64,000 bases of DNA from an archaeon (GTDB lineage Archaea > Nanobdellota > Nanobdellia > Pacearchaeales > GW2011-AR1), in contig JBDRCH010000005.1 of assembly GCA_043821945.1 (NCBI GenBank), positions 14,799 through 78,798 of the forward strand. Direction: 5' to 3'. Of this stretch, positions 19,257-28,659 are shown piece by piece. The first letter of the stretch is position 1; every line of letters begins with the position of its first letter. The position numbers were made by a program, and so were the translations under genes. A model generated the notes under the pieces. It searched no databases, was not told the origin of the DNA, and was given only the letters and a program-made list of their open reading frames with translations.

Positions 19257-19349
19257 CGGCCCCAGAGGGATTTGAACCCACGACACCCAGATATCTCCTG
19301 AAAAATTTACTAAGAGTCTGGTGCTCTAGCCAGACTGAGCTATGGAGCC
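19257..19349 (-). tRNA. tRNA-Lys (anticodon CTT) with an ~18-nt intron after position 37
   Basis: acceptor GGCTCCA/TGGGGCC, D arm GCTC..GAGC, anticodon stem CCAGA/TCTGG, loop CTCTTA[intron]A, T loop TTCAAAT; one U-U mismatch in the T stem. Confidence 0.75.
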
Positions 19350-19442
19350 ATGAATCATAAAGAAATACTTAATTTAAAAAACTTCTCAAATAAACCACAT
19401 AATTACATTTACAACAAATCTTCTTTCAAGGGGCATGATTAC

Positions 19443-19721
19443 TTACTTAACTAATTTCTGAATATTCTCTATAGCACTCGCGACTTCTTTTCCTCTCTTG
19501 GTCAACTTAATCAATTTAATTCGCCCCTTTTTTTCAAATTCAACCAATTTCAAGAACTCCAAAGTCTGCAGAATCTTAACTGCATGGCTATAGGTACAAT
19601 CAACTTCTTTAGCCAAAAGGCTACCATACCTCATCCTAAGATTCTTATTCAAAAAAACCAACATCAAAGCCGGCTTTCTCCTAAAAAAGATATCAAAGTT
19701 ATCTTTCATCTTATGGTCCAT
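19443..19721 (-). CDS. Winged-helix transcriptional regulator (MarR/ArsR-like); probable start at the internal Met
   Basis: HTH-like segment GSLLAKEVDCTYSHAVKILQTLEFLKLVEFEKKGR; the 32 upstream residues of the listed ORF read like translated AT-rich promoter. Confidence 0.5.
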   Translation of the reverse strand: MDHKMKDNFDIFFRRKPALMLVFLNKNLRMRYGSLLAKEVDCTYSHAVKILQTLEFLKLVEFEKKGRIKLIKLTKRGKEVASAIENIQKLVK

Positions 19722-19881
19722 TTTATTTATGATTATTGGATAAATTCCAAGAGTTATATGTGTTTTAATGTATATATTGAGAAAACATCTTTCTTTTAAA
19801 TGTTTCGGAGTATACATTTCACTAACAAAAAGTAATAACTTTAATAAAAAAGCTTATTAAATAAAATAATTATAAAATATT

Positions 19882-20487
19882 ATGAAAAAAACAAAAATAC
19901 TTGCAATAGGGGATATTCATGGGGATACTGGCTTAGTTAAAAAACTTGCAGAAAAAGCAAAAGAACAAAATGTTGATTTAATTATTTTAGCAGGAGATTT
20001 AACTTTTGTTGAACAATCAATCAAGAATTTAGTTGGACCTTTTGTCAAAGCAAAAAAACAGGTGTTAATAATTCCTGGAAATCACGAATCAAATGCAACA
20101 ATTGATTTTTTATCACAGATGTATCCCAAAACAAAAAACATCCATGGATATTCTTTCAAAAAAGGGAATCTCGGAATATTTGGTGCAGGAGGAGGGGATG
20201 TAATAAATATAACTCCAGATAAAGAAATATTCAATGCTCTAAAAAAAGGTCATGAAAAAATCAAAGGCTCAAAAAAGAAAATAATGGTAACTCATATGCA
20301 TCCAAGAGGAAGCAAAGCAGAATTCTCTGGATTTCCAGGGTCTATTGCAGTAAAAAAAGCAATAAAAAATTTCAAACCAGATTTTTTAATTAGTGGACAT
20401 ATCCATGAAGCTTCGGGAATAGAAGAAAAAATAGGAAAAACAAAAGTGATTAATGTTTCAAGGAAGGCAAAGATTTTTGAGATTTAA
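19882..20487 (+). CDS. Calcineurin-like metallophosphoesterase
   Basis: ILAIGDIHGD, LAGDL, GNHE motifs. Confidence 0.75.
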   Translation: MKKTKILAIGDIHGDTGLVKKLAEKAKEQNVDLIILAGDLTFVEQSIKNLVGPFVKAKKQVLIIPGNHESNATIDFLSQMYPKTKNIHGYSFKKGNLGIFGAGGGDVINITPDKEIFNALKKGHEKIKGSKKKIMVTHMHPRGSKAEFSGFPGSIAVKKAIKNFKPDFLISGHIHEASGIEEKIGKTKVINVSRKAKIFEI

Positions 20488-20518
20488 TTTCAAAAACTTA
20501 TAAAAACCCTCCTTCTTC

Positions 20519-22828
20519 TTGATAATCATGACAAAAAAACCAAAGAAATTTAGAGAAGAGAAAATAGCAGAAGAATATTTTCCTGTAAGTAAAAATAATT
20601 TGAGGAGAACAATAGAAATTCCTGTAAAAGAATCAAAACAAAATGTGAGACAAACAATTGAGAAAGAATACAAAAAGCCAGATAAAAGATCATTAGAAAA
20701 AGTGGAGAAAAAATTTAAAAGAAAAATAACAAGAAAAACAAAAGCATTAGTAAAAAAATACATCCCTCCTAAAATCAAATTAAAAGATAAGAGTTATGAA
20801 CTTATAATAACTGAAAAACCTCAAGCTGCTTCAAAAATCGCTCAAGCTCTAGGAAACCCAAAAACAAAAATGAATAAGGGTGTTGCATATTATGAACTAA
20901 CAAAAGAGGGTAAAAAGATAATTGTCGCTTGCGCAGTAGGACACTTATTCACTCTAAAACAAGAAGCACCAGGTTCACATGTTCCAATATTTGAAATAAA
21001 TTGGGCGCCTAATTTTCTAGTCAGAAAAAATGATTTTACAAAAAGATATTATGACACTTTATTGATGCTCGCACAAAATGCAGGTGAAATAACAGTAGCA
21101 ACAGATTTTGATGTAGAAGGAGAAGTTATTGGTAAAAATGTTATAAAATTAATCTGCAATCAACCAGACGCTCAAAGAATGAAATTCTCCACATTAACAA
21201 AAAAAGAATTAAACGAGGCTTATGAAGATAAATCTTCGCATCTTGAATGGGGTCAAGAAATAGCAGGGGAGACTAGACATTACTTAGATTGGTATTATGG
21301 GATAAATCTCTCAAGAGCACTAATGAATGCAATCAAAACAACCGGCAAATTCAAAATAATGTCAATTGGAAGAGTTCAAGGACCTGCACTTAATTTAATT
21401 GTAAAAAAAGAAAAAGAAATTAAAAACTTTGAATCAGAAACTTATTGGGAAATTTTTATTAAAACAAAAGAACCAGAAATTGAATTAAAATATGTCAAAG
21501 AAATATTTGAAAAAGAAGAATTAAAAAAATTTGAAGGATTGATAGGAAAAAATATTGAATTAAGTACAAACAAAACAAAACAAAAACTTCCTCCGCAATC
21601 CCCATTTAATTTGACAAACTTGCAAACAGAAGCTTACAAATTCTATGGAATAACTCCTTCAAACACTCTTAAATCAGCTCAATCATTATATTTAGCAGGA
21701 TTAATATCTTATCCAAGAACATCTTCTCAAAAACTACCTAATTCTATTGATTATAAATCAATTCTAGACAAATTAAAAATAAGATACAAAGTTTCAAAAT
21801 TAATAACAAAAGATAAACCTATTGAAGGTAAAAAAACAGATCCTGCTCATCCATCAATTTATCCAACAGGTGAACAACAAATACTCTCTGGTTATGATGA
21901 AAAAATATATGACTTAATTGTAAAAAGATTTTTAGCACTATTTTGTGATGATGCAGAAATAAATAGGAAAAAAATAACTGGAATAGTAAATGATTTAAAA
22001 TTCACAGTCTCTGGTTTGGAAATATCAAAACCCTCTTGGTTGGAATTCTATCCTTCTAAATTAAAACAAGAAAAACTTCCAGATGCAAATGGAATAACCC
22101 AAATCACAGACCAAAAAACAGAAGAAAAACAAACCCAACCCCCAAAAAGATACTCTCAAGCATCAATTCTTTCACTCTTGGAAAAAAAGAATCTTGGAAC
22201 AAAAGCAACAAGATCAAGTATATTAGAAACACTCTACGACAGAGGATATATCAAAGAAAAATCAATTCAAGCAACTCCCTTAGGTATATCTCTAATTCAA
22301 ACTCTTGAAAAATATTCCCCGATAATTATTGATGAAAAACTCACAAAAGAACTTCAAGACAAAATGGATGATATTGCAAAAAGTAAAAAAGATTTAGAAA
22401 AAAAGAAAGATAAAGTTATTGATAAAGCTAAAACCTCAATAATTAATATAACAAAAGACTTTGAAAAAAATGAAACAAAAATAGGACAAGAATTAATGGG
22501 CGCTGAAATTAAAAATCGTGAAATTCAAAAAAAAGAGAATACTTTAATTCAATGCCCAAAATGTAAGAAAGGTAATCTTGCAATAACTTATTCAAAAAGA
22601 TTCAGGAGAAATTTTATTGCCTGTGATGCTTATCCTGAATGCACAAATACTTATTCTCTTCCTCCAAAAGGAACAATAAAAAAAACAGACAAGCTTTGTG
22701 AAAAATGTGGTTTTCCAATGATGATGAGTCTTCAAGCAAGAAGAAAACCTTGGTTTTTTTGTTTTAACAAAGATTGCGAAACAAATAAAGAAAGAATTGA
22801 AAAGTATCAGGAGAAGATGGAGGAATAA
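20519..22828 (+). CDS. topA: DNA topoisomerase, type IA (Topo I/III-like) with a Lys-rich N-terminal extension and two C-terminal zinc ribbons
   Basis: Toprim LIITEKPQAASKIA; active-site Tyr in LISYPRTSSQ; CPKC..CDAYPEC and CEKCG..CFNKDC. Confidence 0.85.
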   Translation: MIIMTKKPKKFREEKIAEEYFPVSKNNLRRTIEIPVKESKQNVRQTIEKEYKKPDKRSLEKVEKKFKRKITRKTKALVKKYIPPKIKLKDKSYELIITEKPQAASKIAQALGNPKTKMNKGVAYYELTKEGKKIIVACAVGHLFTLKQEAPGSHVPIFEINWAPNFLVRKNDFTKRYYDTLLMLAQNAGEITVATDFDVEGEVIGKNVIKLICNQPDAQRMKFSTLTKKELNEAYEDKSSHLEWGQEIAGETRHYLDWYYGINLSRALMNAIKTTGKFKIMSIGRVQGPALNLIVKKEKEIKNFESETYWEIFIKTKEPEIELKYVKEIFEKEELKKFEGLIGKNIELSTNKTKQKLPPQSPFNLTNLQTEAYKFYGITPSNTLKSAQSLYLAGLISYPRTSSQKLPNSIDYKSILDKLKIRYKVSKLITKDKPIEGKKTDPAHPSIYPTGEQQILSGYDEKIYDLIVKRFLALFCDDAEINRKKITGIVNDLKFTVSGLEISKPSWLEFYPSKLKQEKLPDANGITQITDQKTEEKQTQPPKRYSQASILSLLEKKNLGTKATRSSILETLYDRGYIKEKSIQATPLGISLIQTLEKYSPIIIDEKLTKELQDKMDDIAKSKKDLEKKKDKVIDKAKTSIINITKDFEKNETKIGQELMGAEIKNREIQKKENTLIQCPKCKKGNLAITYSKRFRRNFIACDAYPECTNTYSLPPKGTIKKTDKLCEKCGFPMMMSLQARRKPWFFCFNKDCETNKERIEKYQEKMEE

Positions 22829-22878
22829 GGGAATAAAGGAAAACAAGAAGAATAGTTAAAAAAATATTTTTAATACTT

Positions 22879-24114
22879 TCATATCCACTCTCCCAAATTT
22901 CTCTGGCAACTAATCTGTTTCAATAGCTTACTTTGTTTTATAATTTCATCATAATCAAATTTATATTTTATTTTTCCGATTTTCTTTGCATTATCAACTA
23001 ATTCTTCTTTACTATTAAACTGAATTCTCCGATTATTCAAAACTTTTCTAACTGTTTCTCTAACAACCCAAACCCCTAAAGCAGCCCAATAACCAGGGCT
23101 TTCAATTCTAATAACCAGAACACTTGCTTGTCTTTTCATTTTATTCAAGTGTTCTAAAATTCCCAAGCGAGTTGCATAATACCCTCCTGCAGTTGCAGAA
23201 GCATAGTTTTTCCTCCCATAAAAACTCTCGCTGTCTGTTGATGCTTTCATTTCTCTCGTTGGATTCCAGCTACTTCCTGGACTATACAATTCAAATAACT
23301 CATAATTCCAGACATTTGGAAAAAATAAAATCAAATACTGGTTACCCATAAAATCCCCAAAGTATAATTCATAATTTTCAATCCATTTGTAATCTCTAAT
23401 TTGTTTTAATAAAAACTTTCCAATATTATCATCAGTTGCAGTAATGCTCCATCGCGTTGGAACAAGTCTCTTGTTTTTCTTTAGACCCATAACTCCAACA
23501 CTCAAAATTTTACTTAGAACATATTCATCAAAATTATTCTTGTATAAAAATTCAATTCCTTCATTTGCCTTAATCTCATCATTTATTACTCTATCAACTT
23601 TTCTATGAATCTTCACATTTGAAGTGATTCTTGCTTTTTTCAATAGAGCTTTCAAACCTTGAGAAACCACAATTCGATCTTTTTTTCCTCCAACACTTAT
23701 TTTTTTATTTAATTCAATCTCAACATCAACTGGTTTTGAAGCGACAGCAATCTCCTTGGCAATTTGTAAAAGCTTGTCATTCTTCCTGACATCTTTTGCC
23801 TGCGATTGAAACCGAGAATTCAAAAGACTATTTCTAAGACCAATAACATCATTAATTTCAAAATTATTATTCGCCCAATATTTACAATCATCATAAACCC
23901 ATGCATTTTCTTCTCTTTCAAGAGGAGACAAAATTCCCACATTCATCAAAGGATATTTCAACTGCGACCCAATAAAAACACTCGGAGGTGAAACCCCGTC
24001 AATCCTTGAAACATTTTTCAAATTTTTAAACTTAAAATTTGTTTCAGATATTTTTTTTATTATTTCAAATTTTAAATTAGACATTTTTTCATATCCACCC
24101 TCGTTTAAACACAC
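22879..24114 (-). CDS. Conserved archaeal protein, possibly Nre-family (COG1602-like) DNA repair-associated
   Basis: conserved-looking core around VPTRWSITATDD and ATAGGYYATRLG; assignment from memory only; adjacent to radB. Confidence 0.3.
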   Translation of the reverse strand: MCLNEGGYEKMSNLKFEIIKKISETNFKFKNLKNVSRIDGVSPPSVFIGSQLKYPLMNVGILSPLEREENAWVYDDCKYWANNNFEINDVIGLRNSLLNSRFQSQAKDVRKNDKLLQIAKEIAVASKPVDVEIELNKKISVGGKKDRIVVSQGLKALLKKARITSNVKIHRKVDRVINDEIKANEGIEFLYKNNFDEYVLSKILSVGVMGLKKNKRLVPTRWSITATDDNIGKFLLKQIRDYKWIENYELYFGDFMGNQYLILFFPNVWNYELFELYSPGSSWNPTREMKASTDSESFYGRKNYASATAGGYYATRLGILEHLNKMKRQASVLVIRIESPGYWAALGVWVVRETVRKVLNNRRIQFNSKEELVDNAKKIGKIKYKFDYDEIIKQSKLLKQISCQRNLGEWI

Positions 24115-24817
24115 CCTTATCTTTAATCACAAAACCCATTTCTTTTTCAGGCAAACTCCTATGCTTTAACAAAACAGCTTTTCTCTTACTCCCTTCTTGC
24201 TTCAATTCAATTATGCACTTACTCCAATATTTAAACAAATCTCCCCCCACAATATTCACCTCTCTTGAAACACCCTTTTTCCAATCTTCTTCTGAAACAA
24301 AACCTTTGTAAACCTGATTAGTAATAATAATTGGAATTTTCTCATTTCTTGCAATTCCTGCTAACATCCTCATTTGTTCTACAATATCTCTATTCACCTT
24401 TCTAATTTCTTCTGAATCTCCAGTCTTAACAGCATCTCCTAATTCAAGGCGGTAAAGCATTGCCATTCCATCAACCACAATCAAACTAACATGTTCTGAC
24501 TTAACTTGTTTTAACAATTTAGAAAAACACTTTTTCTGATCTTCAAAACTAACTGGTTTTAATAATAAGATATTTTCAAGAACATTTTCAAAATCTGCCC
24601 GAACAATTTGCTTTGCTCTCTCAACACTAAACCCTCCTTCTGTATCAATAAAAATAACTTTATTTCCTTTCTTTGCCTGACTACAAGCAACCAAGATACA
24701 AAAATTTGTCTTCCCACACCCAGGAGGCCCAACAATCATACTAATAACATCTTTTTCATAACCCCCATAAAGCCATTTATTAAAATCAAAACTTCCTGTT
24801 GAAATTTTATTCGACAT
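24089..24817 (-). CDS. radB: RecA-superfamily recombinase paralog RadB
   Basis: ISTGSFDFNKWLYGGYEKDVISMIVGPPGCGKT (Walker A), LIVVD Walker B, ~240 aa without the RadA N-domain. Confidence 0.7.
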   Translation of the reverse strand: MSNKISTGSFDFNKWLYGGYEKDVISMIVGPPGCGKTNFCILVACSQAKKGNKVIFIDTEGGFSVERAKQIVRADFENVLENILLLKPVSFEDQKKCFSKLLKQVKSEHVSLIVVDGMAMLYRLELGDAVKTGDSEEIRKVNRDIVEQMRMLAGIARNEKIPIIITNQVYKGFVSEEDWKKGVSREVNIVGGDLFKYWSKCIIELKQEGSKRKAVLLKHRSLPEKEMGFVIKDKGVFKRGWI

Positions 24818-24867
24818 GATAATAAACAGATAAAAAACTTAATAAGCATTATTGTTTTAGTTTAACC

Positions 24868-26724
24868 ATGAAAAGAGTGACAAGCACATGCATCTATTGT
24901 GGTTGTGGATGTAGATTAACCTATCATATTGACAAAAATAAAATAACCAAAATCACGGGATGCAAAAATGATGATATTAGTGAAGGAAAACCTTGCATAA
25001 AAGGTTTAACAATTAACGAGGTATTTAATAAAAATAGGATTACCAAACCATTAATTAGAAAAAATAACAAATTAATTCCAACAACTTGGGAAAATGCAAT
25101 AGATCAAATTCATAAAAAAATATCCCAAACAAATTCAAAGGACATTTTTCTTAATGGTTCTGGAAAAATCACAAACGAAGACAATTTTCTTCTATACAAA
25201 CTTGGAACACAAGTGTTTAAAACAAATAATATTGACTCTTGCTGTGGGAGATTATGTCACATTTCAACAGTCAAAGGAATCAACGATTGTTTCGGAGCAT
25301 CTAATTTAACAAAAATGTCTTATTTAGAGAACATAGATACATTATTCATAATAGGTTCAAATCCTGCAGTTAGTTATCCTGTTTTCTGGAACAAAGTTCT
25401 AAAGAGAAAAAACAAACTAAAGATAATCTCAATTCAACCAATATTAAATATAACTTCAAAATTTGGTGATGCCTTCTTAGAAATAGAACCAGGAACAGAA
25501 ACAGCTTTGTTAAATGGCATAATTAATTATTTAATCAAAAATAACTCCTTTATAGAAGAAGCAAAGCAAATTCCAAATTTCAAAAAATTAATCAACATTG
25601 TAAAAAAATATTCTCCTTCATACATCTCAGAAATCTGCAGAATCAAAAAAGAGGATTTTCTAAAAATATGCGAATTAATCAAAAAATCAAAAAAAATAGG
25701 AATCTTCCACGGGATGAATTTCACCCAACATTTAAACTCCCTTGAAAATGTTCATTCATTGATGAATCTTGCAATTTTAAAAAATACTTATTTGTTAACC
25801 CTAAGAGGAGAAATCAATGTGCAAGGAGTTGGAGACATTTTTGCACCCCATAAGTTGAACGGCAATATAATAAAATCATTTATTCTAAACCCTTGCAAAG
25901 TTGCATTTATCACAGAATTCAATCCAGCCCAATCTCTTCCTGATTTAGACAAAACTCACAAAAAATTAGAAAAAATATTCATAGTCTACTTTGGGTCTTA
26001 TTTTAACAAAACTTGCGAGTTTGCTGATGTCATTCTTCCAATTCCAGCACTCTTTGAAAGTCACGGAACAATCACAAATGGGGAACAAAGAATAAGATTA
26101 GTAAATTCTCCAATAAAAACAGAAAAAACATTTCTACAAATTTCACAACTTATTGCAAAAAAATTCAACAAACAAAATTTATTCAATTATTCAAACTCAA
26201 AACAAATTTTTCAAGAAATAATTAAATCGGTTCCAGAATATAATGGAATTAATTCAGATGAGATATACAAAGGCAGGGATGGATTTGTTCCAAAGCAGAT
26301 TAGATTCAACAAATTTTTTCCAGAACCCTACAAAGGAAAAGATGACACAAGAATAAAAAAATATCCTTATTTGCTTACAACATTTAGAGACAAAGACCAA
26401 TTTTTAACAGGAGAAATAACCTCCCAATCACAAACACTTTCAAAGCTTGACATAGATAAAATGTGCATTTACATAAATCCTCAAGACGCAAAGGGGTTTA
26501 ATCTCAAGGATAAAGACAAGATAAAGATTATTTCCAAGGTTGGAGAAATAATTGGCTTTGCATTAATCTCAGATCAAACTCCAGCAGGACTTATAGCAAC
26601 AAGATTTCATTACAAAGAAATGCTTGTAAACAAATTATTTCCTCCAAAATTCGATGACATAACATTCACCCCAAATTACAAAGCTGTTGCTGTGAGAATT
26701 GAGAAAATTAAACCATTATTTTAA
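24868..26724 (+). CDS. Molybdopterin oxidoreductase, formate dehydrogenase alpha-like (Cys-type), orphan
   Basis: N-terminal 4Fe-4S TCIYCGCGCRL...CIKG; RLCHIST with Cys at the Sec/Cys position; C-terminal molybdopterin-binding domain. Confidence 0.65.
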   Translation: MKRVTSTCIYCGCGCRLTYHIDKNKITKITGCKNDDISEGKPCIKGLTINEVFNKNRITKPLIRKNNKLIPTTWENAIDQIHKKISQTNSKDIFLNGSGKITNEDNFLLYKLGTQVFKTNNIDSCCGRLCHISTVKGINDCFGASNLTKMSYLENIDTLFIIGSNPAVSYPVFWNKVLKRKNKLKIISIQPILNITSKFGDAFLEIEPGTETALLNGIINYLIKNNSFIEEAKQIPNFKKLINIVKKYSPSYISEICRIKKEDFLKICELIKKSKKIGIFHGMNFTQHLNSLENVHSLMNLAILKNTYLLTLRGEINVQGVGDIFAPHKLNGNIIKSFILNPCKVAFITEFNPAQSLPDLDKTHKKLEKIFIVYFGSYFNKTCEFADVILPIPALFESHGTITNGEQRIRLVNSPIKTEKTFLQISQLIAKKFNKQNLFNYSNSKQIFQEIIKSVPEYNGINSDEIYKGRDGFVPKQIRFNKFFPEPYKGKDDTRIKKYPYLLTTFRDKDQFLTGEITSQSQTLSKLDIDKMCIYINPQDAKGFNLKDKDKIKIISKVGEIIGFALISDQTPAGLIATRFHYKEMLVNKLFPPKFDDITFTPNYKAVAVRIEKIKPLF

Positions 26725-26979
26725 TTTACTAAAATCCTTTTCAAAATTATCTAAATCCTTAATAATAGAATTCACAGCATCATTAACTGCTTTCTTAGCT
26801 GTCTTACCACTTGTTTTAACTACAAGAAGAGGCTTTTTTGTTGGATGCTCACGCTTCCATGCTGTAAATGAAACTCCTGAATCCTTGTTTAAATAAACTC
26901 TCAAAATCTCAGCGATTGTGATATTTTCTAATTCAACTTGAATTTCATCCTTTGAACTTTTGATAATCTTTATTTCCAT
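26716..26979 (-). CDS. rpoL: DNA-directed RNA polymerase subunit L (Rpo11)
   Basis: MEIKIIKSSKDEIQVELENITIAEILR...FTAWKREHP...LVVKT pattern; ~87 aa from the internal Met. Confidence 0.6.
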   Translation of the reverse strand: MEIKIIKSSKDEIQVELENITIAEILRVYLNKDSGVSFTAWKREHPTKKPLLVVKTSGKTAKKAVNDAVNSIIKDLDNFEKDFSKLK

Positions 26980-27050
26980 ACAAGAAAACATCTAATTTGG
27001 TTTATAAAGATTTTGATTATCTTTTTGAAAGATTCAGTTAATTAATTCTA

Positions 27051-27914
27051 TCATCTTCCAAACAAAATCTTATCAATATCTTCTTTAGAAATATCATCAT
27101 TGTATTTATTATTTGTTTTCTTTTGAGAAATTGATTGAGAATCTCCCTTAACAACCCTCTTCCCAATAACTGAGTTGGAGGGAGTATTTTCAACCTTCAC
27201 AAATTCTGGCTTATCTTCCTTGGCCTCTTTATTAAAAACGAATTCTTCCTCAACTCCTTCTTCAAAAATATTTCTCTCTTTTTTCTTCTTCATTTCCTGC
27301 AAATCAGCAATTGTCAATGTCTTGGAATTATCCTCTTTAAACACTTCATCTGGTTTGCCTAAGAATTCATTTTTAACAACTTCTATTGGTCTTGTTTCTC
27401 TTGGAGCAAATTCATCTTTTATCAACTTAACATTCAAATAATTCTCAAGTTTTCTAATCAAACTATATCCTTCAGGAACAATACCTTTTTCAGCCATTTT
27501 TATTGCCATAATAGGTTCACCAATTTTATCAGCAAGTTGCTCATGAGTTATTTTTTTTAATCTTCTAATTCTCATAATAATCCAATGGAAATTATCAACT
27601 AAGTCAATTCTTGGTCTTGTGTCTTTAATCTTTGACTCAAAATTTTTATCAACAAGGCTTCTGAGAGTAGTTTCTTGTTTTTTCAATACAAGATTTTCAG
27701 GAGTTCTTTTAAAAATTCCTGAAGCAGTAGAAAGTCTTTCATAAACAGTTGGTCTTTTTTCAGATTCTCTAAGATTAAAATCATTTGGTTTTTTGACTAT
27801 TGGCAAATCTTCATCAGATGAACAATTCTTGCAAACATTCACAAAACCTTTTGCACAAATAACCTCAAATAACTCACATTCTTTACCACAAATATAGCAT
27901 CCCATAAAATCCAA
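27051..27914 (-). CDS. Zinc-ribbon + HTH_XRE protein (MBF1-like) with a long K/E-rich C-terminal extension
   Basis: CYICGKEC...CKNC ribbon; HTH ITHEQLADKIGEPIMAIKMAEKG. Confidence 0.45.
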   Translation of the reverse strand: MDFMGCYICGKECELFEVICAKGFVNVCKNCSSDEDLPIVKKPNDFNLRESEKRPTVYERLSTASGIFKRTPENLVLKKQETTLRSLVDKNFESKIKDTRPRIDLVDNFHWIIMRIRRLKKITHEQLADKIGEPIMAIKMAEKGIVPEGYSLIRKLENYLNVKLIKDEFAPRETRPIEVVKNEFLGKPDEVFKEDNSKTLTIADLQEMKKKKERNIFEEGVEEEFVFNKEAKEDKPEFVKVENTPSNSVIGKRVVKGDSQSISQKKTNNKYNDDISKEDIDKILFGR

Positions 27915-27957
27915 AGCGAATATGTCTTTTTTAAGATTTATGTGGTGAAAAGATTAA

Positions 27958-28659
27958 TTAATCAAGATACCTTTCTATGTCTTCTTTGCTTTCAACATTA
28001 ATTATTTTAAATTGCTCATCTATAATAATAGTTGGGAGTTCTTTTATTTGATATTTCTCTAAAAGTAAATCTATTGAAGAAAGTTCATTATCTGCTGCTA
28101 TTGGAATTAAAAGAATCTCTCCCCCTTTTTCTTCTTTAATTTGAACTAATAAATTTGAAAAGAATCTTTGTTTTGCTTTTTGTTCAATAGAAGGATCATT
28201 ATATTTATAAAAATAAACAAGGTTATGATAATCAGATTCACATTTTTCCTTTATCCCAATGCTATTCATCCATAACAAAGTCCTCAAAAGATCATATTTT
28301 TTATGCAATGAGATAATATTATCATTAATCCTGCTCGCTTTTTCATACTTGTCTATAATTAAAGCTTTCTCAAAAATTCTATTTGCAAAATCAATATTAC
28401 TCTGGGCTAAAGAATCACAATCCAAATCAACTAAATCAAAAGCATCACCCTGAATTCTTTGATCCAATAGTTCCATTTCAGATTCCAAATACCAATCATT
28501 TATCTTATCTATTCGAGAAGATTCTAATTTATATCCCATAAAAATTCCTATGTTAAAAACTACAAAAGTGATTATCAACGCATATAAAAAAACCCATTTC
28601 TCAGACTTCGCCATTTTATCTCCAAACTTTCTTTCCCTTAAAAAAATGATAAAGAGCAA
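27958..28659 (-). CDS. Membrane-anchored hypothetical protein
   Basis: single N-terminal TM helix; no motif I recognise. Confidence 0.35.
   Translation of the reverse strand: MLFIIFLRERKFGDKMAKSEKWVFLYALIITFVVFNIGIFMGYKLESSRIDKINDWYLESEMELLDQRIQGDAFDLVDLDCDSLAQSNIDFANRIFEKALIIDKYEKASRINDNIISLHKKYDLLRTLLWMNSIGIKEKCESDYHNLVYFYKYNDPSIEQKAKQRFFSNLLVQIKEEKGGEILLIPIAADNELSSIDLLLEKYQIKELPTIIIDEQFKIINVESKEDIERYLD

Noticed and set aside
26699-26896. 65-aa plus-strand ORF
   Set aside because: Antisense to the RpoL gene.
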